Virus record (IMG/VR): IMGVR_UViG_3300027710_000017
Coordinates: 29,085 to 93,084 of that record
Source: a virus
DNA length: 64,000 nt
Strand: one strand, 5' to 3'
Positions within the stretch are counted from its first letter, which is position 1. Every line of letters begins with the position of its first letter. Under the pieces are notes generated by a model. It saw nothing but the letters and a program-made list of their open reading frames with translations, did no database searches and was not told the DNA's origin. A program made the position numbers and the translations under genes. Below, in pieces: positions 51,086 through 58,942 of this stretch.

Positions 51086-51211
51086 TTATACACGGTAGAC
51101 GCTTACAACATCTAGCATTGAGATACCTTCCTTAGCTAGGTAGAATCCCCAGTTATCTCCTGGGTAAATCTCAACTTTTCCATTTGTAAAGGTAATCTGG
51201 ACTTTTTCCAT
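51086..51211 (-). CDS. 41-aa early protein
   Basis: MEKVQITFTNGK...; RBS AGAAAGGA. Confidence 0.6.
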   Translation of the reverse strand: MEKVQITFTNGKVEIYPGDNWGFYLAKEGISMLDVVSVYRV

Positions 51212-51254
51212 TTTACACTTCCTTTCTATTTATCTAATCTTTCTTTATACCTTT

Positions 51255-51276
51255 AGCCTACCATCAACTACCGACA
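51255..51276 (-). promoter_or_regulatory. PafBC/RecA-NDp-type promoter
   Basis: TGTCGG-N10-TAGGCT. Confidence 0.75.
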
Positions 51277-51372
51277 TTTATGCCACTTTTACAAGGTATT
51301 TCTATACAAACTTTTACCCTGTTTTTTGTAGGTATTTACAGTAATTGCGACACGCCCGACGCCGTGCGCCAC

Positions 51373-51392
51373 TGTGGATAACCTGTGGATAA
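51373..51392 (-). promoter_or_regulatory. two tandem perfect DnaA boxes
   Basis: TTATCCACA x2, 11-bp period. Confidence 0.7.
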
Positions 51393-51438
51393 CTCCGTTA
51401 TGATAATGTTATGAAACGCCCCGATCAGCCTCCCCAAA

Positions 51439-51460
51439 TGTCGGTGGTTTGTGATAGGGT
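51439..51460 (+). promoter_or_regulatory. PafBC/RecA-NDp-type promoter
   Basis: TGTCGG-N10-TAGGGT. Confidence 0.75.
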
Positions 51461-51490
51461 TTTAGTAAGCCAAAAGAAAGGAAACAACAA

Positions 51491-51631
51491 ATGGACAAGA
51501 TGTGTGTTTACTGTGAGAGCGTATTCTCACCTGATACTATTGTTTGCCACAACTGTAATGAGTATGATGGGATGATGCCCCTAGAGTCTGCCATCGACTA
51601 CCTCAACCTTGACCCTAACGACTTCCTATAA
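51491..51631 (+). CDS. 46-aa Zn-ribbon protein
   Basis: CVYC...CHNC; RBS AGAAAGGA. Confidence 0.7.
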   Translation: MDKMCVYCESVFSPDTIVCHNCNEYDGMMPLESAIDYLNLDPNDFL

Positions 51632-51632
51632 A

Positions 51633-51654
51633 TGTCAGAGGGTTATGCTAGGTT
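51633..51654 (+). promoter_or_regulatory. PafBC/RecA-NDp-type promoter
   Basis: TGTCAG-N10-TAGGTT. Confidence 0.72.
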
Positions 51655-51676
51655 GGAACTAACGAAAGGAAATCAA

Positions 51677-51772
51677 ATGATAACACTAACATTCGAAACT
51701 TGGGAAGAGTTTGATAACGCTATCGCTGGGATAGTATTATTGGAAACAGAACTAACAAAGGAGAGCAACTAA
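51677..51772 (+). CDS. 31-aa early protein
   Basis: RBS GAAAGGA; coupled stop/start. Confidence 0.55.
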   Translation: MITLTFETWEEFDNAIAGIVLLETELTKESN

Positions 51773-51906
51773 TGACAGTAGAGGTAATGTTCAAAGATGG
51801 TTCAGCAATTTACCCTAGCTATGACCCAGAGCACCGCAAAAGTGTCCTAGAGTTTTATGCTAATCTTTTTGACAAGGGTGAAATTATTTCTTGGAAGGTA
51901 ATCTAA
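51772..51906 (+). CDS. 44-aa early protein
   Basis: RBS AAGGAG; TAATG coupling. Confidence 0.6.
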   Translation: MTVEVMFKDGSAIYPSYDPEHRKSVLEFYANLFDKGEIISWKVI

Positions 51907-52019
51907 TGATGTTTTATAACGGATTCAACTTGCTAATTGACCTAATCTTGGTTATAGTAGCCTATGAGGTTGGTATGTATTTCGGAACTAAGCGTGTGAT
52001 TGAAAGGAATAGCAAATGA
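51906..52019 (+). CDS. 37-aa membrane peptide
   Basis: Hydrophobic core; TAATG coupling. Confidence 0.55.
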   Translation: MMFYNGFNLLIDLILVIVAYEVGMYFGTKRVIERNSK

Positions 52020-52198
52020 TGACAGAAGAAGAATTTGATGATTGGCTAGATGATGTTTATCCAACTTACCAAATTGCTGGGGTGACTCTTTACCCCTCGC
52101 AAATGCTAAAGAACTGCGACCCTATCGCATACAGAATTGCGTTGTCAGAGTGTGAAGAAAGAGAAGAAGAGTGGGAGGGTTATTTTGACAATAAGTGA
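52016..52198 (+). CDS. small acidic phage protein
   Basis: FDDWLD...SQMLKNCDPIAYR; RBS GAAAGGA. Confidence 0.75.
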   Translation: MMTEEEFDDWLDDVYPTYQIAGVTLYPSQMLKNCDPIAYRIALSECEEREEEWEGYFDNK

Positions 52199-52280
52199 AT
52201 TAGAACAACTGATTTTCCAAATTGACCTAATGCTAACTGAAGATGTTGGCGAATTATTTACAACACCAGAGGAGAACTAA

Positions 52281-52415
52281 ATGGAATTGTTTTTGATTTT
52301 TGTAATCGTTGGTATTGCTATTTTTGTTGGAACTTCTTTAGCTGCTGTTTTGTTTTTGCTACAAGAAAATAACAGACTTGGCGAAGAGCTAGAAAAGAAT
52401 CAGCCACCCTTCTAA
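52281..52415 (+). CDS. 44-aa membrane protein ending in QPPF
   Basis: TM helix; RBS GAGGAG. Confidence 0.65.
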   Translation: MELFLIFVIVGIAIFVGTSLAAVLFLLQENNRLGEELEKNQPPF

Positions 52416-52506
52416 AACGACACGCCCGAGAGGGTGCGCCACATCCTGGGACAGATGTCAAATGTTTACGAAGAGTTTTATGATCGCCCCAAATTCTGTC
52501 CAGAAA

Positions 52507-52528
52507 TGTCAGTGGTTTATGCTAAGAT
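52507..52528 (+). promoter_or_regulatory. PafBC/RecA-NDp-type promoter (leaderless)
   Basis: TGTCAG-N10-TAAGAT with ATG 6 nt downstream. Confidence 0.75.
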
Positions 52529-52534
52529 TATTTT

Positions 52535-52687
52535 ATGTTGAACAGAACTAATGAGGCAAGACGCAAGGCAGAGAGCCAGGCGTTGTTTCAGTCTATGCTA
52601 AAAGCTCCTCACTTGGTTCAGACCCCAAAGAAATACAAAGGTAGCCGTCAGTCTAACAAGACTAAGGCAATAAAGGAGAGCGAATGA
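52535..52687 (+). CDS. 50-aa basic protein
   Basis: MLNRTNEARRK...KKYKGSR; leaderless. Confidence 0.65.
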   Translation: MLNRTNEARRKAESQALFQSMLKAPHLVQTPKKYKGSRQSNKTKAIKESE

Positions 52688-52836
52688 TTCTACAAGGCTT
52701 GATTCACTATGTATGTGAAGACTGTAATAGGTTTGTTCACTCTAACACAGTCTATTCCTATGACCTCAAAAATGTCTGTGGCAGATGTTATGCTGTTCAG
52801 GCAGGCCATCCATCAACAAGAAAGGTAAGTAAATGA
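52684..52836 (+). CDS. 50-aa Zn-finger protein
   Basis: CEDC...CGRC; RBS AAGGAG. Confidence 0.6.
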   Translation: MILQGLIHYVCEDCNRFVHSNTVYSYDLKNVCGRCYAVQAGHPSTRKVSK

Positions 52837-52933
52837 TAGATTGGGAGCCAACAATAAATGAAGAAGCTATCCTAGCCCTAACTGGCGAAGAGGTAGTAGC
52901 AATTATGGAACTACTAGAGAAAGCAGGATACTA

Positions 52934-53200
52934 ATGGGATTCGCAACTGCAGTTGGACTTACAGATACAGACCTAACCCTATCAGACCAAATTAGCATTC
53001 ACTTTAGTAGCAACTGTTATCCACCTATCCCCAAGGTAATGATTCCAGTTGCAGTTGCAGCTATTGACGCTTATTGGGAAGAAGACTATGACAGACTAAT
53101 TACCCTGCCAGAAGGCGTAGAGTTTAGGACAGGTGCAACAAGCGTGTCTGCCTCACAAGCTATTGAGTCTCTTAGGCTTGACGCTTGGTGTATGGAATAG
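52934..53200 (+). CDS. hypothetical early protein
   Basis: HFSSNCYPPIP...ITLPEGV motif. Confidence 0.75.
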   Translation: MGFATAVGLTDTDLTLSDQISIHFSSNCYPPIPKVMIPVAVAAIDAYWEEDYDRLITLPEGVEFRTGATSVSASQAIESLRLDAWCME

Positions 53201-53284
53201 ACTTGACAAGTCCACCGAAAGGTGGGCGCACCAGATCTTGATCCATAAGTCAAATTAAGAAACGTTTAAGAATGCCCTTGAAAA

Positions 53285-53306
53285 TGTCCTAGGGTAATGG
53301 TATAGT
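53285..53306 (+). promoter_or_regulatory. PafBC-type variant promoter with overlapping TTGAAA -35
   Basis: TGTCCT-N10-TATAGT. Confidence 0.65.
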
Positions 53307-53333
53307 TTTACCATACAAAGAAAGCAGGCCCCT

Positions 53334-54050
53334 ATGCTAATTCGTTCCAAAGACCGAAAGGTTACTAATGCAGTATCTCCAAATGGTAAAACGCCAACTA
53401 TTGCGAATACTTTTGGCCTTCCTTCTGGGAAAAGTTATTCCTGTCCTGGAGCAACAAGTGTATGCGAGAAAATCTGTTATGCAGGCAAGCTCGAAAAAGT
53501 ATTCAAGGGAGTAAAAGCTGTACTGTTGACAAACTGGGAGCAACTAAAAGACGCCAATCAACAACAAATGGAAGCGCTTATCTACCAAATGATAGATGAG
53601 TTTGAAAAGGACTGTGATAAAAAGAATGCTAAAAAACTATTTCGTATCCATTGGGACGGTGACTTTTTTAGTGATACTTACACAATGGCTTGGAAGAATG
53701 TAATCCTTGCATTCCCTCAAATTCAGTTCTGGGTATACACGAGGTCAGACTTTGCAGTTCCAATTCTTACTGGTATTGATAACTTAGCGCTTTACTTCTC
53801 TACCGATGACGACAACTGGCAACTGGCCAGTGAATTAAAAAAGACTAACGGTGTGAAGCTTGCTTATCTTGCTAACAACTTTGCAATGGGTAAAGAGCGC
53901 ATGTTGTCTATCACTGTCAAGTCCGCCATCCCATGTCCTGAAAATAATAAAAAGATTCCGCTCATTAGCGAAAAGGGTTCCGCTTGTGTTACCTGTTCGC
54001 AATGTGTCTTTGCTCGTAATGACATCCTGTTCAGTGCAAGTAAAACATAA
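53334..54050 (+). CDS. Gp88-like Cys-cluster (radical-SAM-like) protein
   Basis: SCPGATSVCEKICYA, FRIHWDGDFF, WVYTR, C-terminal CP...CxxCxxC. Confidence 0.8.
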   Translation: MLIRSKDRKVTNAVSPNGKTPTIANTFGLPSGKSYSCPGATSVCEKICYAGKLEKVFKGVKAVLLTNWEQLKDANQQQMEALIYQMIDEFEKDCDKKNAKKLFRIHWDGDFFSDTYTMAWKNVILAFPQIQFWVYTRSDFAVPILTGIDNLALYFSTDDDNWQLASELKKTNGVKLAYLANNFAMGKERMLSITVKSAIPCPENNKKIPLISEKGSACVTCSQCVFARNDILFSASKT

Positions 54051-54075
54051 TCTCATGCTATAGGGGCATGTAAAC

Positions 54076-54140
54076 TGTAGGTCCCTTGTTATATCCTTTC
54101 TTAGGGATCTACACGTCCTGGCCACGACGTCAAACTGGCC
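54076..54140 (+). ncRNA. anti-SD-loop hairpin plus H-type pseudoknot
   Basis: Stem GTAGGTCCCT/AGGGATCTAC with loop ...TCCTTTCT; then ACGTC-CT-GGCCA-C-GACGT-CAAAC-TGGCC. Confidence 0.6.
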
Positions 54141-54232
54141 ACAAAAGCGGCGCACCAGATTTGCCAGGGAAAGTAAAGCTTATGAAGATAACGATTTCCC
54201 CCCCCGAATCGTTATAAAAAGATGGTTGATAA

Positions 54233-54254
54233 TGTCGGTGGTATAGGCTACAAT
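54233..54254 (+). promoter_or_regulatory. PafBC/RecA-NDp-type promoter with TTGATA -35
   Basis: TGTCGG-N10-TACAAT. Confidence 0.78.
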
Positions 54255-54320
54255 GGTGGTATCAACAAAAGTTGGTAATCAAATAGACAAATCCTAGCTC
54301 TGCTAGGTGATAGGAAGCAA

Positions 54321-54473
54321 ATGTCAAACGCAACCCTAACTGTTGGCTCACAGTTCACTACTCTAAAGAGTGGTGTATCAGGCACAATTCAGGAAGTAGT
54401 AGAAAACAAGAACGGCTCTTTCCGAGTCCGTCTTGATGTAAACGGACAGCCACGCTGGACTACTGTAAAGTAA
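54321..54473 (+). CDS. 50-aa SH3-like protein
   Basis: Manual translation MSNATLTVGSQF...RVRLDVNGQPRWTTVK. Confidence 0.7.
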   Translation: MSNATLTVGSQFTTLKSGVSGTIQEVVENKNGSFRVRLDVNGQPRWTTVK

Positions 54474-54552
54474 TCTAGTTAGTGTTAGTGGCGTTAGACT
54501 ACATAAAAGGGTGAATCAGAGTCTATTAGAAATACCCTGCCACTTTCACAAA

Positions 54553-54574
54553 TGTCATACCCCACCCCTATAAT
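54553..54574 (+). promoter_or_regulatory. PafBC-type variant promoter
   Basis: TGTCAT-N10-TATAAT. Confidence 0.65.
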
Positions 54575-54607
54575 AGTAATACCCTAACAAGAAAAGGAAA
54601 ACAAACT

Positions 54608-55051
54608 ATGGCAAGAAGCCTGTCAGTAAAAATCCCAACCGCAAAACTAATCGCAGATGTAGAGCAGTCTATCGCTAAGATAGATACCGCTATTGCTGAG
54701 TATGCTGATAAGCGTAAGCAGTATGAAACAGAAATCAAGCAGTATGACCTAGACATTGTTGCTCACGCTATCAAGGCTATGTCAGACCCAAGTAATGTTG
54801 GAACAGAACACGGCTCTCTAGTTCGTGTATCAAGAGGATACAACGGAAACATTTCTGTTGATTTTGATGTTGAGGCACTTGGACTACCAGCAAAGCCAGT
54901 AGAGCCAGCAAGACCAAATGAGAAAAGTTATTTTGGTCGTGAGTATGCTACACGCAAAGAAATCCTAGAGCGTAATCTTCGTATCCTAAAGATGACAACT
55001 CAAGAGGAGATTTCAGCAAGTTCTTACTCTGCTGTTATTGACCTTATCTAA
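54608..55051 (+). CDS. hypothetical coiled-coil early protein
   Basis: RBS AGAAAAGGA. Confidence 0.8.
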   Translation: MARSLSVKIPTAKLIADVEQSIAKIDTAIAEYADKRKQYETEIKQYDLDIVAHAIKAMSDPSNVGTEHGSLVRVSRGYNGNISVDFDVEALGLPAKPVEPARPNEKSYFGREYATRKEILERNLRILKMTTQEEISASSYSAVIDLI

Positions 55052-55091
55052 CTTAGGGAAAGACCCCTGCCTAGCAGGTATAACGCCCGAA

Positions 55092-55119
55092 GCAACCTAA
55101 GCAAGTTGTAAAACTGCTT
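55092..55119 (+). ncRNA. H-type pseudoknot
   Basis: GCAAC-CT-AAGCA-A-GTTGT-AAAAC-TGCTT. Confidence 0.55.
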
Positions 55120-55249
55120 CCACTCCCCTCCAAAAGCTGAAGGATCTTTGATCCACAAATACTGTGAGGGGAAAAAGTGGGCGCACCGCATTTTCGTTAC
55201 CAAACTGTTATTTATGATGACTAATTATTTTGCCCCGAATCGTTGACAA

Positions 55250-55271
55250 TGTCGGAGGGTAGCCCTATAAT
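55250..55271 (+). promoter_or_regulatory. PafBC/RecA-NDp-type promoter with TTGACA -35
   Basis: TTGACA-A-TGTCGG-N10-TATAAT. Confidence 0.8.
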
Positions 55272-55310
55272 TAGACTATTAGTAATCCAACCCTAAAGAA
55301 AGTAGATAAC

Positions 55311-56321
55311 ATGGCACATTTGCTAGAATCCGTAAACGGAGAAACCGCATTTGCTTCACTCAGAGAGCCAGCTTGGCATGGTCTAGGAACTGTATTCACT
55401 GAGGAAGTTTCAACAGCCGAGATGTTGAAGAAAGCTAAACTAAATAACTGGAATGTTCGCTTGGAAGATGTAGAGATTCCTACTGGCATGGATTCAGACA
55501 AGGGCTACTCTTTCGTAGTTCGTGATAACCCATTCACTAAGGGCAACAAGGACATTCTTGGTGTTGTTGGTGAGCGTTATGTTCCGCTTCAGAATGAGGA
55601 CTTGTTTGATTTTGCTGATAACATTCTAGACGCTGGTGGACGCTGGGAAACCGCTGGTTCCATCAAGGGTGGTCGAGTTGTATTCGGTTCTCTAGCTCTT
55701 GAGCGTGAAACAGTTCTTGACCCTAACGGCGTATCAGATAAGGTAAACAGTTATCTTCTAGTAAACACTAGCCATGACGGCTCTATCGCAATTCAGGCAA
55801 GCATTACACCTGTCCGAGTTGTATGTGCCAACACTCTAAACTTGGCACTTGGTAATCGTGGTCGTGGTGGTTCGGTAAAGCAGTCGTTCAAGATTCGCCA
55901 CACCCAAACTGCTAACGGCAAAGTTCAAGCAGCTCGTGAGGCTCTTGGCTTGGCTAATGCTTACTTAGATGAGTTCGACAAGATGGCAAACGAGATGATT
56001 CAGAATGAAGTTAGCAAGGCTAAGTTTGATGAAATTGTTTTGGCATTGTATCCAAAGCCTGAGAAAGATTCTAAGGGTGCTGTCAAGAAGTGGGAAACTA
56101 AACTAGACATCATCAACGGCATTTATGTTGGACAGTATAACGACACTATTGCTGGAACAGCTTGGGGTGTTGCTAACGCTCTAACTGAAAGACTAGACTG
56201 GTATCGTTCGGCAAGGGGTGGCAACAACGAATCCATTCTTGCTTCCGCTTCTGGGTTTGACCCAATGATAAACGCTGAGAAGAATAGAATCTTCAAGGCA
56301 GTTCAACTGGCAACAGCATAA
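55311..56321 (+). CDS. DUF932 / TIGR03299-family phage protein
   Basis: MAH...PAWHGLG...LQNE...ETAGSIKGG...SHDGS...TPVRVVCANTL...RHT. Confidence 0.9.
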   Translation: MAHLLESVNGETAFASLREPAWHGLGTVFTEEVSTAEMLKKAKLNNWNVRLEDVEIPTGMDSDKGYSFVVRDNPFTKGNKDILGVVGERYVPLQNEDLFDFADNILDAGGRWETAGSIKGGRVVFGSLALERETVLDPNGVSDKVNSYLLVNTSHDGSIAIQASITPVRVVCANTLNLALGNRGRGGSVKQSFKIRHTQTANGKVQAAREALGLANAYLDEFDKMANEMIQNEVSKAKFDEIVLALYPKPEKDSKGAVKKWETKLDIINGIYVGQYNDTIAGTAWGVANALTERLDWYRSARGGNNESILASASGFDPMINAEKNRIFKAVQLATA

Positions 56322-56326
56322 GCAAA

Positions 56327-56353
56327 AGTCCTGGGCATGACTAAAAACTGCCC
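56327..56353 (+). ncRNA. H-type pseudoknot
   Basis: AGTC-CT-GGGCA-T-GACT-AAAAAC-TGCCC. Confidence 0.6.
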
Positions 56354-56446
56354 ATCACCTATACTTGACACAGGATCAAAAACGTGGCGCACCTGGATAA
56401 CGAAACTATAACAAGTTTACGATACAGTTTAAGAATCCCTTGAAAA

Positions 56447-56468
56447 TGTCGGTGGCTACTGGTAAAAT
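56447..56468 (+). promoter_or_regulatory. PafBC/RecA-NDp-type promoter
   Basis: TGTCGG-N10-TAAAAT. Confidence 0.78.
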
Positions 56469-56492
56469 CTAGGTATAAAGAAAGGAATTCAA

Positions 56493-56615
56493 ATGGACGA
56501 GCAAGCAGAAGAAATTCGTGAGGCATTAGCTGAGTACTATGCCAACCCAGAAGACTACACCCTAGAAGACTTCGAAGAAATCTTTCAGGATAGGGACCCA
56601 TTCGAATTTCTATAA
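56493..56615 (+). CDS. 40-aa acidic protein
   Basis: RBS AGAAAGGA. Confidence 0.65.
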   Translation: MDEQAEEIREALAEYYANPEDYTLEDFEEIFQDRDPFEFL

Positions 56616-56637
56616 TGTCGGTGGTTCATGGTAAAAT
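56616..56637 (+). promoter_or_regulatory. PafBC/RecA-NDp-type promoter
   Basis: TGTCGG-N10-TAAAAT. Confidence 0.78.
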
Positions 56638-56661
56638 CCAAATAGACAACGAAAGGAAAAC

Positions 56662-56859
56662 ATGTCGCATTTACTAAATAACATTGGATACGTTTCTTAT
56701 GATGGAAACTATGGAGCAGAAGCGGACGTACTTGTGTTCGATACTGATTCACTTACCCTGCAGCAATGGGAAACCCTAGGTGAGCTAGATGACAACTCTA
56801 GGTATGACTATGTCGAAGCTATTTTTGCAGGTAAAGACCTATCTGAATGGGAGGGCTAA
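56662..56859 (+). CDS. hypothetical early protein
   Basis: RBS GAAAGGA. Confidence 0.7.
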   Translation: MSHLLNNIGYVSYDGNYGAEADVLVFDTDSLTLQQWETLGELDDNSRYDYVEAIFAGKDLSEWEG

Positions 56860-57212
56860 TGTTAGACGTATTGGAAATGGATTACAGGATTGATGAGTAT
56901 ACCAATGAGGCAAAGGGCATTGCTTGGGATACATGTCATAAAATCTATGTACTCATGGACGAGGAGCAAGTAGCGCTTCAAAGAAGTTATGGCTATGGTG
57001 ATGAGAATGACCCAGATAGCCTAATCACAAGTGAGCAGATGACTGGTGATGAAATGAGAAAGCAAGTCATGGACTGGTATCAGAAGTCTTGTGGCCTAAG
57101 ATTTATTTCAGCTGTTTCAACCGACACCAGGTTTGGTGATGACGGCTGGGTTCACATCATTAGTCAGTTTGAAGATACTGATGAAGATGAAGATGAGGAT
57201 GAAGACCTGTAG
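56859..57212 (+). CDS. hypothetical early protein
   Basis: WDTCHKIY...SCGLRFI, acidic tail; TAATG coupling. Confidence 0.75.
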   Translation: MLDVLEMDYRIDEYTNEAKGIAWDTCHKIYVLMDEEQVALQRSYGYGDENDPDSLITSEQMTGDEMRKQVMDWYQKSCGLRFISAVSTDTRFGDDGWVHIISQFEDTDEDEDEDEDL

Positions 57213-57273
57213 CGCATTCCCTTACTTCCTTTCTGGAATGTGCTACCGTCCTAGCTATGACGTAAAACTGGCT
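57211..57273 (+). ncRNA. anti-SD-loop hairpin plus H-type pseudoknot
   Basis: AGCGCATTCC/GGAATGTGCT stem, loop CTTACTTCCTTTCT; CGTC-CT-AGCTA-T-GACG-TAAAAC-TGGCT. Confidence 0.6.
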
Positions 57274-57354
57274 TTCCAGCAGGCGCACCACAATAATGGA
57301 TCAGTGTCAACAGTTTAAGAAGAATTAAGATTACTCCCCGAAACCCCTTGATAA

Positions 57355-57376
57355 TGTCAGTGGGTAGTAGTAAAAT
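57355..57376 (+). promoter_or_regulatory. PafBC/RecA-NDp-type promoter
   Basis: TGTCAG-N10-TAAAAT. Confidence 0.78.
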
Positions 57377-57404
57377 GATACTACCCGAAAGAAAGGAACC
57401 CCCA

Positions 57405-57905
57405 ATGGGAACCAGAAACCTAACAGTAGTAAAGAACAAAGCAGGACAAACCAAGATTGCTCAATACGGACAATGGGACGGATACCCAAGCTATTCAGGT
57501 ATTCAAGCTCTAGAGTTTCTAAGAGATGAAGGCAACCAAGCCTTACTACAAGCTAAGCTAGACCTTGTCCAGTTTGTTGGTGATGAGGAAGTAGATACGC
57601 TGTATAAGCAGTATGAGTCTACTGATTGGGAGAATAAGGAATTCCTAAACGCATACCCTGGCCTACACAGAGATACTGGTATTGACATCCTAAAGGTAGT
57701 TGCCAATGCTACTGCCACTATCAAGAGTGTAGATAATACAGAGTTTGCTAAGGATGAACTATTTTGTGAGGGTGTCTATGAGGTAGACTTCTCTACTAAT
57801 AAGTTTATTACTGTCTATGACAACAAGGTTGTTGAGTATGACTTGGATTCCTTGCCTAGTGATTCGGATTACCTAGCAGCGTTTGAGGTGGAACAGCTTG
57901 TTTGA
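57405..57905 (+). CDS. conserved phage protein (MGTR...QWDGYP family)
   Basis: MGTRNL...AQYGQWDGYPS; RBS AGAAAGGA. Confidence 0.8.
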   Translation: MGTRNLTVVKNKAGQTKIAQYGQWDGYPSYSGIQALEFLRDEGNQALLQAKLDLVQFVGDEEVDTLYKQYESTDWENKEFLNAYPGLHRDTGIDILKVVANATATIKSVDNTEFAKDELFCEGVYEVDFSTNKFITVYDNKVVEYDLDSLPSDSDYLAAFEVEQLV

Positions 57906-58073
57906 TAATCTAGATACCAAGTATGCCACAGGAAACATCGCAAAGGATGTTGAGTTTATCAAAGATAACCTTAGTATTGATGACAAAGAGTTCTTTAGAA
58001 GGGCTATGGCTAACATAATGTCTGAGGGTAATGCTAGAATTGACCTACTTACTGGAGAGGAACTGGAACAGCT

Positions 58074-58268
58074 ATGATGAAACTAACAAGCACAGACCTA
58101 AAGACTTGGCAGGTAGAGTATTCTGCAGCCTACTGGGTAGAAGCTACAAGTGAAGATGAAGCTATTGAAAAGGCTATGGAACAACACGCTGATTTGCCTG
58201 ACGGTAGCTGGGAAGCAATGATTGACCCCTATGATAGCAACAACTTCAATACCCTAGGAGAAAAGTAA
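58074..58268 (+). CDS. small acidic protein (VEA.SE.EA motif)
   Basis: Motif shared with 58673 ORF. Confidence 0.65.
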   Translation: MMKLTSTDLKTWQVEYSAAYWVEATSEDEAIEKAMEQHADLPDGSWEAMIDPYDSNNFNTLGEK

Positions 58269-58462
58269 TGGCAATGGCAAAGATAAGTATTGTCCTAGAG
58301 TATGACCTAGAAAACCATTTTCAAGAATTAGCGTATAAGCACCTAAAGACCGATACTATTATTGACGAACTAGAAGATAATGTGTATGAGGATTTACTAG
58401 ACCTAATGCGTGGAGATAGATTGCGTTCTTGGTCTTACTATGAGATAGTAGATGGGAAATAA
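58268..58462 (+). CDS. hypothetical early protein
   Basis: RBS AGGAG, coupled. Confidence 0.65.
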   Translation: MAMAKISIVLEYDLENHFQELAYKHLKTDTIIDELEDNVYEDLLDLMRGDRLRSWSYYEIVDGK

Positions 58463-58609
58463 TGGAACACGAATGCGTCCCACTTCTTGAAGGAGATGCC
58501 TGGTGTCTATGTGGAAAGGACCTGGACACCTAACCAGATCCCCCGAAAGGGGTGCGCCGATTCTTTTATAGATAATCTTATTAAACATAAAAATGTAATT
58601 AAGAAGCTC

Positions 58610-58638
58610 TTGACTTTTTCCCCAGATTGTGGGACAAT
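58610..58638 (+). promoter_or_regulatory. sigma70/SigA-type promoter
   Basis: TTGACT-N17-GACAAT with TGTGG. Confidence 0.55.
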
Positions 58639-58672
58639 TGAGTATCAAAGCCCCAACCCCATAGGAGATAAA

Positions 58673-58849
58673 TTGCCTTTATACAAAGTTCAAAGAGAAT
58701 ACACCAACTGGGAAGAGATTACAGTTGAAGCAGAATCAGAAGCGGAAGCCCTAGACCTCATGGAAGATGAAAGTATGTGGGAATACGCAACTGATGCCAG
58801 TACGTACAACTACACTGGTGAGACTTGGATTGGAGACTACGATGAGTAA
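58673..58849 (+). CDS. small acidic protein (VEAESEAEA)
   Basis: TTG start after RBS AGGAGA. Confidence 0.65.
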   Translation: MPLYKVQREYTNWEEITVEAESEAEALDLMEDESMWEYATDASTYNYTGETWIGDYDE

Positions 58850-58942
58850 ACACATGCACTACTTTAGTTATGGAGCCTGCATTCATTGTGGCAAGGTAGT
58901 CAATAAAGGATTGGGCGTAGACCTATTAAGAGGGAAGAGAGT

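Noticed and set aside
54113-57273. Hammerhead, twister or preQ1 identity for the pseudoknots
   Set aside because: They lack the CUGAnGA/GAAA core and the other families' conserved nucleotides
51439-57376. WhiA GACAC-box explanation for the ATGTC word
   Set aside because: The word is GACAT rather than GACAC, and the conserved TGTCRG with an exact N10 spacer to TAnnnT fits the PafBC consensus better; not formally excluded
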